Part shown: piece by piece, positions 36,001 to 44,413 of the stretch
Layout: each line of letters opens with the position of its first letter
Numbering within the stretch: position 1 is the first letter of the stretch
Virus record (IMG/VR): IMGVR_UViG_3300031823_000001
Location: 1-64,000 of that record
DNA from: a virus
Direction: 5' to 3' (one strand)
DNA: 64,000 bases
Position numbers and translations under genes: made by a program
Notes under the pieces: generated by a model
Database searches by the model: none
Told to the model about the DNA's origin: nothing
Seen by the model: the letters and a program-made list of their open reading frames with translations, nothing else

Positions 36001-37107
36001 GCCCCGTGGGGAAGCCAGAACGTCACCCAGAGCCCGCCGCAGAAGCCCTACGGGGCGACCTCCCCGCCGAACAAGGATCAGGACCCGGGCAGCTACGGCC
36101 CGCTCGCCGGGCCCGACCCGGAGAACTGGGGCGGCATCCAGGAAGACAGCGTGATGCAGATGCCGCTGTCCAACACCGCGTCGCACCCGGTGCCGGGCGA
36201 TACCGCCTGGCCCGCTACAGAGGGCTGGCAGGACGAGGACCAGGACGACTTCCCGTACTCCGACCGCTCGGCCACGGCGGGACCGTCTACCTCGATCAGT
36301 CCCCGGGACCCGCAGGGCATCCGGATGGAGGAGGCCAGGGTCACCGCAGCGGGCACGCCGTTCCCGGTCAACGGCACCGTCCCGCAGCTCGACGGGGCCC
36401 TGGCGGAGCTGCACGACCGCCCGGAGCCCGCGCTGCCGGAGACGACCGGGGACGACGAGACCGCGAAGACGGCCGCCGCCGACGGAACGATCGGCGGGAA
36501 CAGCGCCGGGACCGGAATGGGCCACGGCGCACCGCTGGACACCGCCGCGCTCGGGGAGTTCGGCGCGTCGGTCCGCGCCAGCTTCCGGCAGATGTTCGGC
36601 GGCACCCCGATGGGCGACCTGAACCGGGAGACCTCCCCGCAGGCCCAGCAGCCGTCGCCCGTCACCCAGGAGCCCGGCCTGGGGTCAATGGACGACGCTC
36701 TCAGTCCCGAGGACCCCTCGATCCAGACGATCGGCAACCAGCAGTGGTCCGGCGGCGGGGCCGACTCCGACGAGGTAGCAGTGCCTGCCGGGCAGTCGCA
36801 GGGCGGCATCGAGGACATCGTGGCTTCGTTCCAGCGGTCTGCGGCGGCGAAAGGCTACGCGGGCGGCGGAGGTCCGGGCCCGGCTGACGGCGACATCGCG
36901 GCGGCGGCGCGGCAGCACCTGTCCAGGACCGCTGACGTGCTGCCGAAGGAAGAGGCCGACGAGCTGGTCAGGGAGGGGGCAGGCAGCCGGGCCAGGAACC
37001 TGGACCTGCTCCGCCTGGAGGGCACGCATTACGAGGACGAAGACGAGGACCTGGCTAGGAAGGGCATCAGCTTGGACAACTACGACGACGACGTGATCTT
37101 CGCGTGA
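33070..37107 (+). CDS. Large modular head-associated protein with SWIM-type zinc finger and inserted SGNH/GDSL hydrolase domain
   Basis: WACGCPW...RPCSH (SWIM CxC..CxH); VACMGNSI...DGIHPTAAG (SGNH); acidic disordered linkers; ARNLDLLRLEGTHY C-terminus. Confidence 0.75.
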   Translation: MIRRHSTRLSQAHDEPEDDQAQHTAARDYPELGTVLTDRPDPGQQITVIGMRRHGDAYGTPEDARSGEYNGGEGDLGMYWAEPGQQAWKEENLGPQEEAPPPLYSPDTFAGNVMARLHAMEEAQGFFGMRHHATSINGTQIDDAGDAPEHGTVPRAGEPNSYDDRSTEGQGDPRWNQALPASQHGDKKAENGATVGMYPEGMSAGGGPGLEIGAFTAALPPGELDELRRHVGGDHGFPVQDSYGDAALSAIHDGLHMSGLASHSHADDDYETNPAWDRDAGGYHEFTGSRRTARVPWTGKERGSLHRWQEEPTATWGDFVPSSEFPLLGAGEHVSHEDGGDGIGPVEGAGGLDDRFGPDITSLGPAMKSPSGYPLALPENGGSAADDPEKAVADSRDFRPRPQEDVRERDPDRFLRMMNALNVHVRIDGKELHDHDDPDNSLDAAEDKKPDSPQDKNDPGNESSQADDADSLDSPQDSPQGLPAPGTQEDNPEADPSQWPQAGADVNETSRAYTQGSGDGKVKRGTPPAPQQDQENDPGNQDDSSGPDDDSTPFSKDGALAMFTASAASPAFRFEFTATWNDVVAKAKRIRAGGHVRIVHASASMVIGEVRGDHDTYETGIQRPVGKRQTIQHWACGCPWASFHQKTAARSFNGRPCSHVMALQFEAQARGMFGRQFSSDAEVPAWAPQSVVVKSWPPYEGEPHAGRWREEWRAPLAHLRRPGGAPGAPGDVLGAPVVCATAALVRAGEDPAEVGALQVLAGMRTEAETSSVLRVACMGNSIAANGNGPEGDNPDLSFLRWASRLSAGCIRHAGSFSADGASSSQILASQMAPVVASKPDACIIGPWVVNNPVLGVSFDRTAADVENAVLALRVAGIAPLLSLEPPAPDQERSAFVRQYNEWAQHFAARSGVPVADFFASLTGRNGDWAEGYSADGIHPTAAGARAMGRTVAGLLNSPAVVIPAPLASLRYEADQSNAPWGSQNVTQSPPQKPYGATSPPNKDQDPGSYGPLAGPDPENWGGIQEDSVMQMPLSNTASHPVPGDTAWPATEGWQDEDQDDFPYSDRSATAGPSTSISPRDPQGIRMEEARVTAAGTPFPVNGTVPQLDGALAELHDRPEPALPETTGDDETAKTAAADGTIGGNSAGTGMGHGAPLDTAALGEFGASVRASFRQMFGGTPMGDLNRETSPQAQQPSPVTQEPGLGSMDDALSPEDPSIQTIGNQQWSGGGADSDEVAVPAGQSQGGIEDIVASFQRSAAAKGYAGGGGPGPADGDIAAAARQHLSRTADVLPKEEADELVREGAGSRARNLDLLRLEGTHYEDEDEDLARKGISLDNYDDDVIFA

Positions 37108-37358
37108 GCGGGCTCGCGTACCGGATGGACCAGCTACACCGCGATGTGATCGCGTCCGCCGACCCCTACCTGGGGCGCGGGGTGTTCCTTGCCGCTCCCG
37201 GGATGGAGTGCGAAGAGATCACCGGGAAGCTCGCCGAGCGGCTGGGGATGACCGTGCCGGCCGTTGCCTGGGACGGTATCGGCGCGTGGGTTGACCTCGG
37301 CGGCGTGCCCGGGATGGATGCTCAGGAGCTGGAGTCCAGGTGGGGCGCGACTCCGTAG
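37104..37358 (+). CDS. Hypothetical protein
   Basis: GTGA-coupled. Confidence 0.5.
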   Translation: MSGLAYRMDQLHRDVIASADPYLGRGVFLAAPGMECEEITGKLAERLGMTVPAVAWDGIGAWVDLGGVPGMDAQELESRWGATP

Positions 37359-37398
37359 CCGGCTGTGCCGTTTTGACTGACGACTGGAGGGGGTCCGG

Positions 37399-37638
37399 AT
37401 GACTACGGCGCTGTCCGTTCTGGGGGCGCTTGGCGGGTTTACCGCCTTTATCACCGGGGTGACGCTCATCCTGCGGGCGATTTTCAAGCAGGTAAACGCG
37501 ACTGAGAAGAACACCACAGCCACGGAAGACCTGACAGAGAAGGTCGGCAGCCTCTCGGAGAAGTTCGGGCTGCTGGACACCAGGGTCACCATCCTGGAAG
37601 ACCATGACCGCAGGAACGGGGTGAGACCCCATTCGTAA
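37399..37638 (+). CDS. Single-TM coiled-coil membrane protein
   Basis: N-terminal TM, heptad tail ...DTRVTILE. Confidence 0.65.
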   Translation: MTTALSVLGALGGFTAFITGVTLILRAIFKQVNATEKNTTATEDLTEKVGSLSEKFGLLDTRVTILEDHDRRNGVRPHS

Positions 37639-37939
37639 GCTGCTTCTCATCAACCTGAGCCCGGCGACGAGGGCCGTCATCGTGGCCGCCGTGCTCATCT
37701 CCTTCATCGTCGGCGGCGTGGTCCTCGACTACCTCGTCGCCGGCTACCGGGCCGCGCAGGCGGTGCAGCAGTCCGTGGGGCAGTCCGAGCAGGCCCTGTG
37801 CGGGATCATCGACCTGGTGACAGCCGTCCCCGAGCAGCCTCCGGCCGACCCGGAGGCGAACCCGTCACGGGTGACGTCGTACCGCTTCTACCTGGCGTTC
37901 GTGTCTGTCGGCCGCAAGTACCACTGCACAGGGAACTAG
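37631..37939 (+). CDS. Membrane protein (start uncertain: ATT 37631 or GTG 37682)
   Basis: TM then ALC...C-terminal C; frame open from 37625. Confidence 0.55.
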   Translation: MRKLLLINLSPATRAVIVAAVLISFIVGGVVLDYLVAGYRAAQAVQQSVGQSEQALCGIIDLVTAVPEQPPADPEANPSRVTSYRFYLAFVSVGRKYHCTGN

Positions 37940-38502
37940 CTGTCGTCCTCGTCGTCGCCTGTGTGCTGCGGTGCACCCGGCGCCAGGGAGCTGGGCGGCA
38001 CGAAGAAGACGCCGCCTGAGTCCGGGAGGTCCGGGTAAGAGGGCAGCGTCTCCAGGTAGCGTCCCAGGTCGGCGTCCAGGGCCGGGCGCATCAGCTCTAC
38101 GACGATGGTCGGCGGGTCGTTCGGGGCGCGCCTGCGGGGCCTCTTCTGCTGCGGGACCTGAACGGGGATGTTCCACGAGGGGTTCTCAGCCGTCCTCCAC
38201 GGCGGCTTCTGCCCGGGCGTCGGGTCGGTCACATGGGAGGAGAACCTCCGATGCACGCTGGGGAGCTGGTCGGCGCGGACAGTCATCGGGTCCTGGTCCT
38301 TGTCGGTCCGCAGGTCGGTGACGTACTGGTCGGCCTCCCGCCCGGCAGCTTCCTCCCGCTGGCGGCGGGCCCCGGGGAGGAGCCTGCGCAGCCAGCCGAG
38401 CCAGTCCCTGCGCTCGGGCAGTATGAAGCCGTCCTCGCGCGGCATGGCCAGCGCGAGGACGGCTGCGGCGAGCAGGATGCCTGCCGCCGTCCAGTGATTC
38501 AT
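37936..38502 (-). CDS. Membrane-anchored hypothetical protein
   Basis: N-terminal TM; ATGA-coupled. Confidence 0.5.
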   Translation of the reverse strand: MNHWTAAGILLAAAVLALAMPREDGFILPERRDWLGWLRRLLPGARRQREEAAGREADQYVTDLRTDKDQDPMTVRADQLPSVHRRFSSHVTDPTPGQKPPWRTAENPSWNIPVQVPQQKRPRRRAPNDPPTIVVELMRPALDADLGRYLETLPSYPDLPDSGGVFFVPPSSLAPGAPQHTGDDEDDS

Positions 38503-39086
38503 CCCTTTTCCCTGCACACTCGCCCCATCCTGAACGCGCGGGACTCAGCGTCTGTCAGGTGCAGGCCGCACTTCATGCACCGCTCCTGGTTGTCCGCATA
38601 GGCCTCGCGGGCCTTGCTGATGCCCGCCTGGAGGATAGCGTTCAGGGCCAGGAACTGCTCGGGCCGCGATGCTTCGACCAGGCGTGGGTACTTGGTGTCG
38701 CCGCCGCCGATGACCCGCTTGACGAAGCGGACCCCGGGCTTCCTTCCCTCGGTCACCTTCCAGAAGTCCAGGTCGTTGCTCCCGGTCCGGGACGGGGTGG
38801 CGTAGAAGCCGCCCGGGATGTCCGCGATAACCGCCGGCGGCTCCTGGGCCGGTGCCTGGGGCGTCATGTTCTCCTCTGAGGTCCGCTGGCCGGGAAGGTC
38901 GGCGCACCTGGCGAGGTACCGCATTATCCCGTCGTACTGCGCCGGGTTGACCGGCTTCCTGCCGTCCACCAGGAAGGCGGCAAGCTTGTGGTCCTTGTGC
39001 GCCGCCGTCGCGGCGATCTTCTCGCTCATCGCCTGCCCGGTCATGTCCGTGCCTACCACTAGAGCCATCTTCTTCTCCCTGGTCAT
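38499..39086 (-). CDS. Phage protein with C-terminal DUF6011-like zinc ribbon
   Basis: IPGGFYA...DFWKV; CMKCGLHLTDAESR..RMGRVC. Confidence 0.7.
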   Translation of the reverse strand: MTREKKMALVVGTDMTGQAMSEKIAATAAHKDHKLAAFLVDGRKPVNPAQYDGIMRYLARCADLPGQRTSEENMTPQAPAQEPPAVIADIPGGFYATPSRTGSNDLDFWKVTEGRKPGVRFVKRVIGGGDTKYPRLVEASRPEQFLALNAILQAGISKAREAYADNQERCMKCGLHLTDAESRAFRMGRVCREKG

Positions 39087-39125
39087 CCCTGCGTAGCCTC
39101 TGCTCTGCGTTCGCTGGACACGACA

Positions 39126-39143
39126 ATAGCAAGAAAAGCTGTA
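39126..39143 (-). promoter_or_regulatory. 18-bp phage promoter/operator motif
   Basis: Minus strand TACAGCTTTTCTTGCTAT with TATTGT. Confidence 0.75.
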
Positions 39144-39166
39144 TTCAGCAACGAGTTTCCCCGGTT

Positions 39167-39175
39167 CCCCGGAAG
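39167..39175 (+). promoter_or_regulatory. Candidate late promoter element CCCCGGAAG
   Basis: Upstream of the protease gene. Confidence 0.55.
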
Positions 39176-39200
39176 AGAGGAGAGCAGACCGGGAGGACCC

Positions 39201-42200
39201 GTGCGCAAGTATGCGTCGCTGGAGGTGCTGGAGGCGTGGCAGCACCAGCCGCGCGCCCGGCTTGAAGGGAACCGGATCGTCCGGACCGCACACCGGGTGG
39301 CATTCGACTACGAACCGCGCCAGGGGTACCTGTACGTCCGTTCCAGGATGATCTCCAGCCGGACGAACGACAACCACGACACGTTCCCGGCCGAGGAAAT
39401 CGAAAAGGGATATAAGTCCTTTTTGGGCAAGCCGGTTTTTGTCAACCACCACAACGCGAACCACCGCCGCGCCCGGGGCGTCATCGTCGCCGTTGCGCTG
39501 CACCGCGACAGGAACCCCGACGGGACGCCCGACACCTGGGTCGAGGGCCTCCATGAGATCGACGCGGTGAAGTTCCCGAAGCTGTCTAAGGCGATCCTCG
39601 CCGGCCGGGTCAACCGCACCTCGATGGGCGTGGACGTGGACTGGTCCACCTGCTCGGCCTGCGGCAACAAGGCCACCAGCCCCGCCGAGTACTGCAAGCA
39701 CCTGCCCGCGCTGAAGGGCAAGAAGATCCGGCAGCGCAACAAGGTCACCGGCAAGGTCGAGGAGAAGCTGATCCACGAGGTCTGCGCCGGCCTCAGCTTC
39801 TTCGAGAACAGCCTCCTGGTGGAAGACCCCGCTGACCCGACGGCGTACCTGCTCGGCAAGCCCGACTCCCGGGGCATGGCGAAGGCCGCCGCGAAGACCG
39901 CAGCGGCCGGGGACCCGGACTTCCGCGACCACCTCGGCAACACCTGCCGGAACTGCGGCGACCCGGTGGCCTTCCTCCCCCGCACCCGGACAGGGAAGTA
40001 CCCGGACAGGTTCGTGCACGACTCGGCGCGCCTCTACGACCACCAGCCCGACCCGGCGGACCCGGGCAGCCGGTCAGGGAAGCTGATGCCGGGCACCTTC
40101 GGCGGGACCCGCTGCGCGGTCTGCGGCGGCGACGTGAAGATCAACCTGCGCGCCCTGCACACCGACACGGGCGGCTGGCACCACGGCGACGGCATGAAGC
40201 GCGATCACCCGGCGGTCCCGCTGGACGCCCGCTCCGTCTACGACTCGGTCCCCGGCACACGGGCGCAGTACGACCAGGCGCGGAGCCAGATGAGCGACCA
40301 CATGCACGGCCTGTTCGAGCAGCTCGAAGGACGCCCGCTGCCCCGCCGGCCGCGCGGCGACGAGGGGCAGATGCCCCCCGACCCGTTCACCGCCGCCAGG
40401 CGGAAGAAGCCCCAGGGCAAGCCGGTGCGCGGCTACGGCAGGGACCCGAAGTTCGACGGGGTGGCCCTCAAGAAGGACCGCAACGGGTTCTACGTGCACA
40501 CTCACAGGTCGAGGAGCGAGTCCTACCCCACAGTCGATGACATCCCGGACGCCGATATCGACTACATCCGGTCCACCGGGGCGAAGGCCGAAGGCGGCGA
40601 TCACCCCTGGTTCATGAACCACCCGGTCTCCCCGCACCACATCGTCCACGCCTATAACGACTCCTCCGACGACGAGCGGGCACTGGGCGACCGCTGGTAC
40701 TCCGACGCCCACCACGTCGCCAAGGTCATCGGCAAGGGGGACTCCGCCCTCGGCGCCGGGCTGCTGTCGGCCTACTCCCCCCGCACGATGTGGCCGGTCA
40801 ACATGTTCAATGCCAGCCGCGCCGCCCAGGGGGATCCGCCCGGCCCCGGCAGCGGCGCGCTCGGCGACCACCAGCGCAAGGCGATCCGCATCCTCGGCGG
40901 CGAGCACCACTCCAAGGTCCTCACCGCCCCGAAGACCGCCGCGTTCGCGCACCTGATCGAGCACGGCGGCGACACCGACGAGGACCGCAGGAGCGGCCGG
41001 GAGCGCGTCGTCATCGACCGGCACGCCATGTCGGTGGCCACCGGGAAGCGGCTGTCCGACGAGGACATGAAGAGCGCGCCCGTCGGTCAGGAGCAGCACT
41101 ACGAGCACGTCGCCAACGCCTACCGCGAGGCCGCGCACCACATCTCCACGGCCACCGGGCGGCAGGTCAGCCCCCACCAGGTGCAGGCAGCGACCTGGCT
41201 GCGGCAGATCAGGAAGAACACCGAGGAGGACTCCTCGGGAACCAGGGGCGGGGGCGGCAAGGGCCGCGTCCAGATGGGCGAGAACAGCCGCCAGCGCTGG
41301 GTGGAGCACCATCACGAACACCACCCGGGCAACATCCCGGAGGAGAACATGCACTACCACGGCTCGTCGGCCCAGCCACCGCCTCCCGGCGCTCCCTGGC
41401 CGGCCGGAGGTACCCACTGCGCGATGTGCGGCGGCCGTCTGGCCCACCCGGGCAACCCGAGCGGGAAGCCCGTCAGCCGGTCCATGCCGATGATGTGCCA
41501 GGACTGCTCGGGCCGCGTCCAGGGGCACGGGGCCGACACCGGCATGCCCGGCTACATGAGCCCCGCCCAGGCGCGGGAGACCGTACAGGACTCGCGTGCC
41601 TGGGACCTGGCCGGCGACCGGCTGCGCAGCTCCATGTCGGTGCGCAAGGAAGCGTACGGGGAGACGCGGGTCCCGCCGCAGGTGGACACCCTGCGGATGG
41701 ACGAGTGCCCGGTGTGCGGGGAGCACAACGTCTGGTCCGGCAGCAGGTGCCCTGTCTGCGGCTTCGTGGTACCGCCGTCGGTTTTCCGGGACCCGGACAC
41801 CGACAAGGCGAAGGAAGTCCGCGAGCAGCTCGACAGCTCCGGCGAGGTCGATGTCCCGGGCGACCAGGCGGACGCCGGCCAGCCAGACGCGACGCTGCCG
41901 ACCGCCCAGGTGGGCAGCGGCGACGACGCCGACGACCAGCTTGTCCACCCCGACCAGATCGCCCCCGACGGGGTGCCGACCGTCCAGGGCGGCGACGACC
42001 CGGCGAATACCGACGGGCTGCCCCCGCAGGACGAGGACGAGGCCCAGGCCGAGGCGGAGGCGGAGGTTCCCGAGGGGTCGGTCCCCGTCGGCGACGTGCC
42101 GCCCGACGAGGCGGACCTGGAGGACGCGGGCGACGAGGGCGAGGAGATGTTCGCCGAGGAGCTGATCTGCCCCGCCTGCGGAACCACCTTCGAGGCAGAT

Positions 42201-43310
42201 GCCGCCGCCCAGCCGGGCGTCCCCTGCCCGGCCTGCGGGATGGCCGCGCTCCACCCGGTGGACGAGGAAGACGGCGACGTAGACGAGGAAGAGCAGGACC
42301 CGGGGGCGGTACCCCCGGAAGGAGCAGAAGACCCGTCTGACCCGGACGAGGAGCCCGGGGACGAAGAGGACGAGGAAGACGAGGACAAGGACATGCCAGC
42401 AGACCGCAAGACGGCCGCCGCGCTCGCGCAGGCCCAGGCGCACCGGATCGCCGAGCTGAGCGCGCAGAACGAGGTCCTGTCGGCCCAGCTCCGCTTCCTC
42501 GCCTTCGCTGCGGGGATCGACCGGGAGCTGGCCGAGGTCGGCCGCCGGGTGATGCGCCGCCACGCGGACGTCCTCAACCCGGCGTCCCCCGTGCCCGACC
42601 CGCCGGAGGCCCCGCCGACGGAGACGACCGAGCAGGCGCTCCAGCCGGAGACGATGGACAACGCCGGGCGCCCCGGGACGACCCCGGGCGCGAACTCGCG
42701 GGTGCCCGCCGCGCAGACCACCACGGCGATCACCCCGGGCGTGGAGATGCAGACGCCCCCGGCGACCAACCTGATCGACGTGACCGCCCCCGTGCAGGGC
42801 ACCAATCCCAGCCAGGACGGCGGCGTGCCGCTGGAGCAGCGGCGCATCGAGACCGACGTCCGCATCGACCCCGACCCGCTGAAGGCGCACGGCCCCGGGA
42901 TCGGCGGCCAGGGCGACAACGGCTCGGCCTTCCCGTGGATTCTCGACGCGCGCCAGCCGGGCCAGCAGGGCGGCCAGCCTTCCGGGTCGGCAGACGAGGC
43001 CCAGGCGTCCCGGCGGACGTTCGCCTCCATCCGGCTGGCGAAGCTCCGGGTGCTAGCCGGGCTCGCCCAGGGCGACGAGCTGGCGGTGGCCGAGCGGATC
43101 GAGCGCGACGCCTCGCTGGCCACCCCGGTCATCGAGCACGAGATCGGGGTCCTGTCCCGCATGCCGGTCATCGATCAGCGGCAGGCGGCCCGGCCGGTGC
43201 AGCGCACCGCCGCCCGGTCGGTCCCGTCGCTCGCCTCGGTGGGAGCCGCGTCCCAGTACGCGCCCGCCGCCGGGGACTACGACCTCGACGCCTCCGACAT
43301 CTTCGACTGA
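39201..43310 (+). CDS. Capsid maturation protease / scaffold polyprotein with inserted cargo domains
   Basis: N-terminal FLGKPVFVNH...ARGVI...TSMG...CSACGN...YCKH...FFENS...PADPTA (HK97/herpes-type protease pattern); acidic scaffold-like C-terminal part; sits just upstream of the MCP. Confidence 0.8.
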   Translation: MRKYASLEVLEAWQHQPRARLEGNRIVRTAHRVAFDYEPRQGYLYVRSRMISSRTNDNHDTFPAEEIEKGYKSFLGKPVFVNHHNANHRRARGVIVAVALHRDRNPDGTPDTWVEGLHEIDAVKFPKLSKAILAGRVNRTSMGVDVDWSTCSACGNKATSPAEYCKHLPALKGKKIRQRNKVTGKVEEKLIHEVCAGLSFFENSLLVEDPADPTAYLLGKPDSRGMAKAAAKTAAAGDPDFRDHLGNTCRNCGDPVAFLPRTRTGKYPDRFVHDSARLYDHQPDPADPGSRSGKLMPGTFGGTRCAVCGGDVKINLRALHTDTGGWHHGDGMKRDHPAVPLDARSVYDSVPGTRAQYDQARSQMSDHMHGLFEQLEGRPLPRRPRGDEGQMPPDPFTAARRKKPQGKPVRGYGRDPKFDGVALKKDRNGFYVHTHRSRSESYPTVDDIPDADIDYIRSTGAKAEGGDHPWFMNHPVSPHHIVHAYNDSSDDERALGDRWYSDAHHVAKVIGKGDSALGAGLLSAYSPRTMWPVNMFNASRAAQGDPPGPGSGALGDHQRKAIRILGGEHHSKVLTAPKTAAFAHLIEHGGDTDEDRRSGRERVVIDRHAMSVATGKRLSDEDMKSAPVGQEQHYEHVANAYREAAHHISTATGRQVSPHQVQAATWLRQIRKNTEEDSSGTRGGGGKGRVQMGENSRQRWVEHHHEHHPGNIPEENMHYHGSSAQPPPPGAPWPAGGTHCAMCGGRLAHPGNPSGKPVSRSMPMMCQDCSGRVQGHGADTGMPGYMSPAQARETVQDSRAWDLAGDRLRSSMSVRKEAYGETRVPPQVDTLRMDECPVCGEHNVWSGSRCPVCGFVVPPSVFRDPDTDKAKEVREQLDSSGEVDVPGDQADAGQPDATLPTAQVGSGDDADDQLVHPDQIAPDGVPTVQGGDDPANTDGLPPQDEDEAQAEAEAEVPEGSVPVGDVPPDEADLEDAGDEGEEMFAEELICPACGTTFEADAAAQPGVPCPACGMAALHPVDEEDGDVDEEEQDPGAVPPEGAEDPSDPDEEPGDEEDEEDEDKDMPADRKTAAALAQAQAHRIAELSAQNEVLSAQLRFLAFAAGIDRELAEVGRRVMRRHADVLNPASPVPDPPEAPPTETTEQALQPETMDNAGRPGTTPGANSRVPAAQTTTAITPGVEMQTPPATNLIDVTAPVQGTNPSQDGGVPLEQRRIETDVRIDPDPLKAHGPGIGGQGDNGSAFPWILDARQPGQQGGQPSGSADEAQASRRTFASIRLAKLRVLAGLAQGDELAVAERIERDASLATPVIEHEIGVLSRMPVIDQRQAARPVQRTAARSVPSLASVGAASQYAPAAGDYDLDASDIFD

Positions 43311-43660
43311 TGACCTACGCCCTGACTGTCGGTTCCGGCACCGACTCGGTCGTGATGCCGAACGGCCTGCGCTACGCGGCGGAGGGGGCCTTCACGCTGT
43401 CCGACCGCCAGTTCGGGCTGCTGACCGCCGGGGCGAAGGAACTGCTCGCAGCGGGCGAGGGGGGCACCTCGACGGGCTACCTGGGAGGGACCGTGAGCCA
43501 TCAGGTGACGATCGCCGGCGGCCTGGACAACGTGGTGCTGCCCAACGGGCTGCGCTACACGGCGGGGGCCGTAGCGGTGCTTTCGGACGAGGAGTACTCC
43601 CTGATTCCCGCCGGCGCGCTGAGTTCTCTTTTCTCTTCCAACACGACGTCGCTGACATGA
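43310..43660 (+). CDS. Small virion protein with two internal repeats
   Basis: VVMPNGLRY..LSD / VVLPNGLRY..LSD. Confidence 0.7.
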   Translation: MTYALTVGSGTDSVVMPNGLRYAAEGAFTLSDRQFGLLTAGAKELLAAGEGGTSTGYLGGTVSHQVTIAGGLDNVVLPNGLRYTAGAVAVLSDEEYSLIPAGALSSLFSSNTTSLT

Positions 43661-43681
43661 CGGTGCCTTTTGCGCCCGCAG

Positions 43682-43690
43682 CCCCAGAAG
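43682..43690 (+). promoter_or_regulatory. Candidate late promoter variant CCCCAGAAG
   Basis: Upstream of decoration and MCP genes. Confidence 0.5.
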
Positions 43691-43742
43691 GAATAGCAGG
43701 AGGGCCTTACGGCCCGGCCGACCAGACACGGAGTAAAGGCCG

Positions 43743-44381
43743 ATGATTCGCACCTACCTCTCGAACGACTACGTGAAGAGGACGATCAGGCCTCTTTACT
43801 CCTGGACGCAGGCGACCCCCAAGTCGTGCTTCCTGGACCCGGCGTGGACCCGCGCGGTGCCGATCTGGCCCGGGATGGGATTCGTCCGCAGCGGCGGCGA
43901 CCTGGTGACCCTGGCGGGCGCGAACAGCACCCAGATGGGCTCCAAGACGATGACCGGCACCGCCTACTCCGGCAACGCGGGCACCACCACGGCACTGGCG
44001 AACTCCCTGCCCATCTACGGGCTGGGCGCGCTGTACGTCGGCGGGGACGGCATCGACGAGCTGCTCTACGCGGGCATCAACGCCTTCGCGGTGTGGGTCC
44101 TCGGGCCCGACGCGGAGTTCGAGATCCTCGCTCCCGCGTTCGACGCCACCCAGACCTGGACGGACCCGTCCGACGGCTCCGGCGCCGCCCTGGTAGGGGT
44201 GTCCACCGCCACCTCGAACCAGGGGATGCTCGTCCCCCTCACGGGAGCGGGCTCGGCTACCGTCTCCGCCCCGGTCGCGCGGCTGCTGAAGGTCAACAGC
44301 TCCACCAAGATCACCATCGGCGGCCTTGAGCCTTACGCCGCCGCGCAGCTCACGGCCAACACCAACGCGGGCCGGGACTAA
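43743..44381 (+). CDS. Capsid decoration/cement-like protein
   Basis: KRTIRPLY...QATP..FLDP...FEILAPAFD; immediately before the MCP; recalled Cluster C homolog. Confidence 0.7.
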   Translation: MIRTYLSNDYVKRTIRPLYSWTQATPKSCFLDPAWTRAVPIWPGMGFVRSGGDLVTLAGANSTQMGSKTMTGTAYSGNAGTTTALANSLPIYGLGALYVGGDGIDELLYAGINAFAVWVLGPDAEFEILAPAFDATQTWTDPSDGSGAALVGVSTATSNQGMLVPLTGAGSATVSAPVARLLKVNSSTKITIGGLEPYAAAQLTANTNAGRD

Positions 44382-44413
44382 CAGGACACGCGGGAAGCAG
44401 GAAAGGGAACACC

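Noticed and set aside
37604-37630. TGA readthrough or recoding (ATG ACC GCA GGA ACG GGG TGA in frame with the membrane gene)
   Set aside because: Single case; TGA is the normal stop throughout the window; no suppressor tRNA seen.
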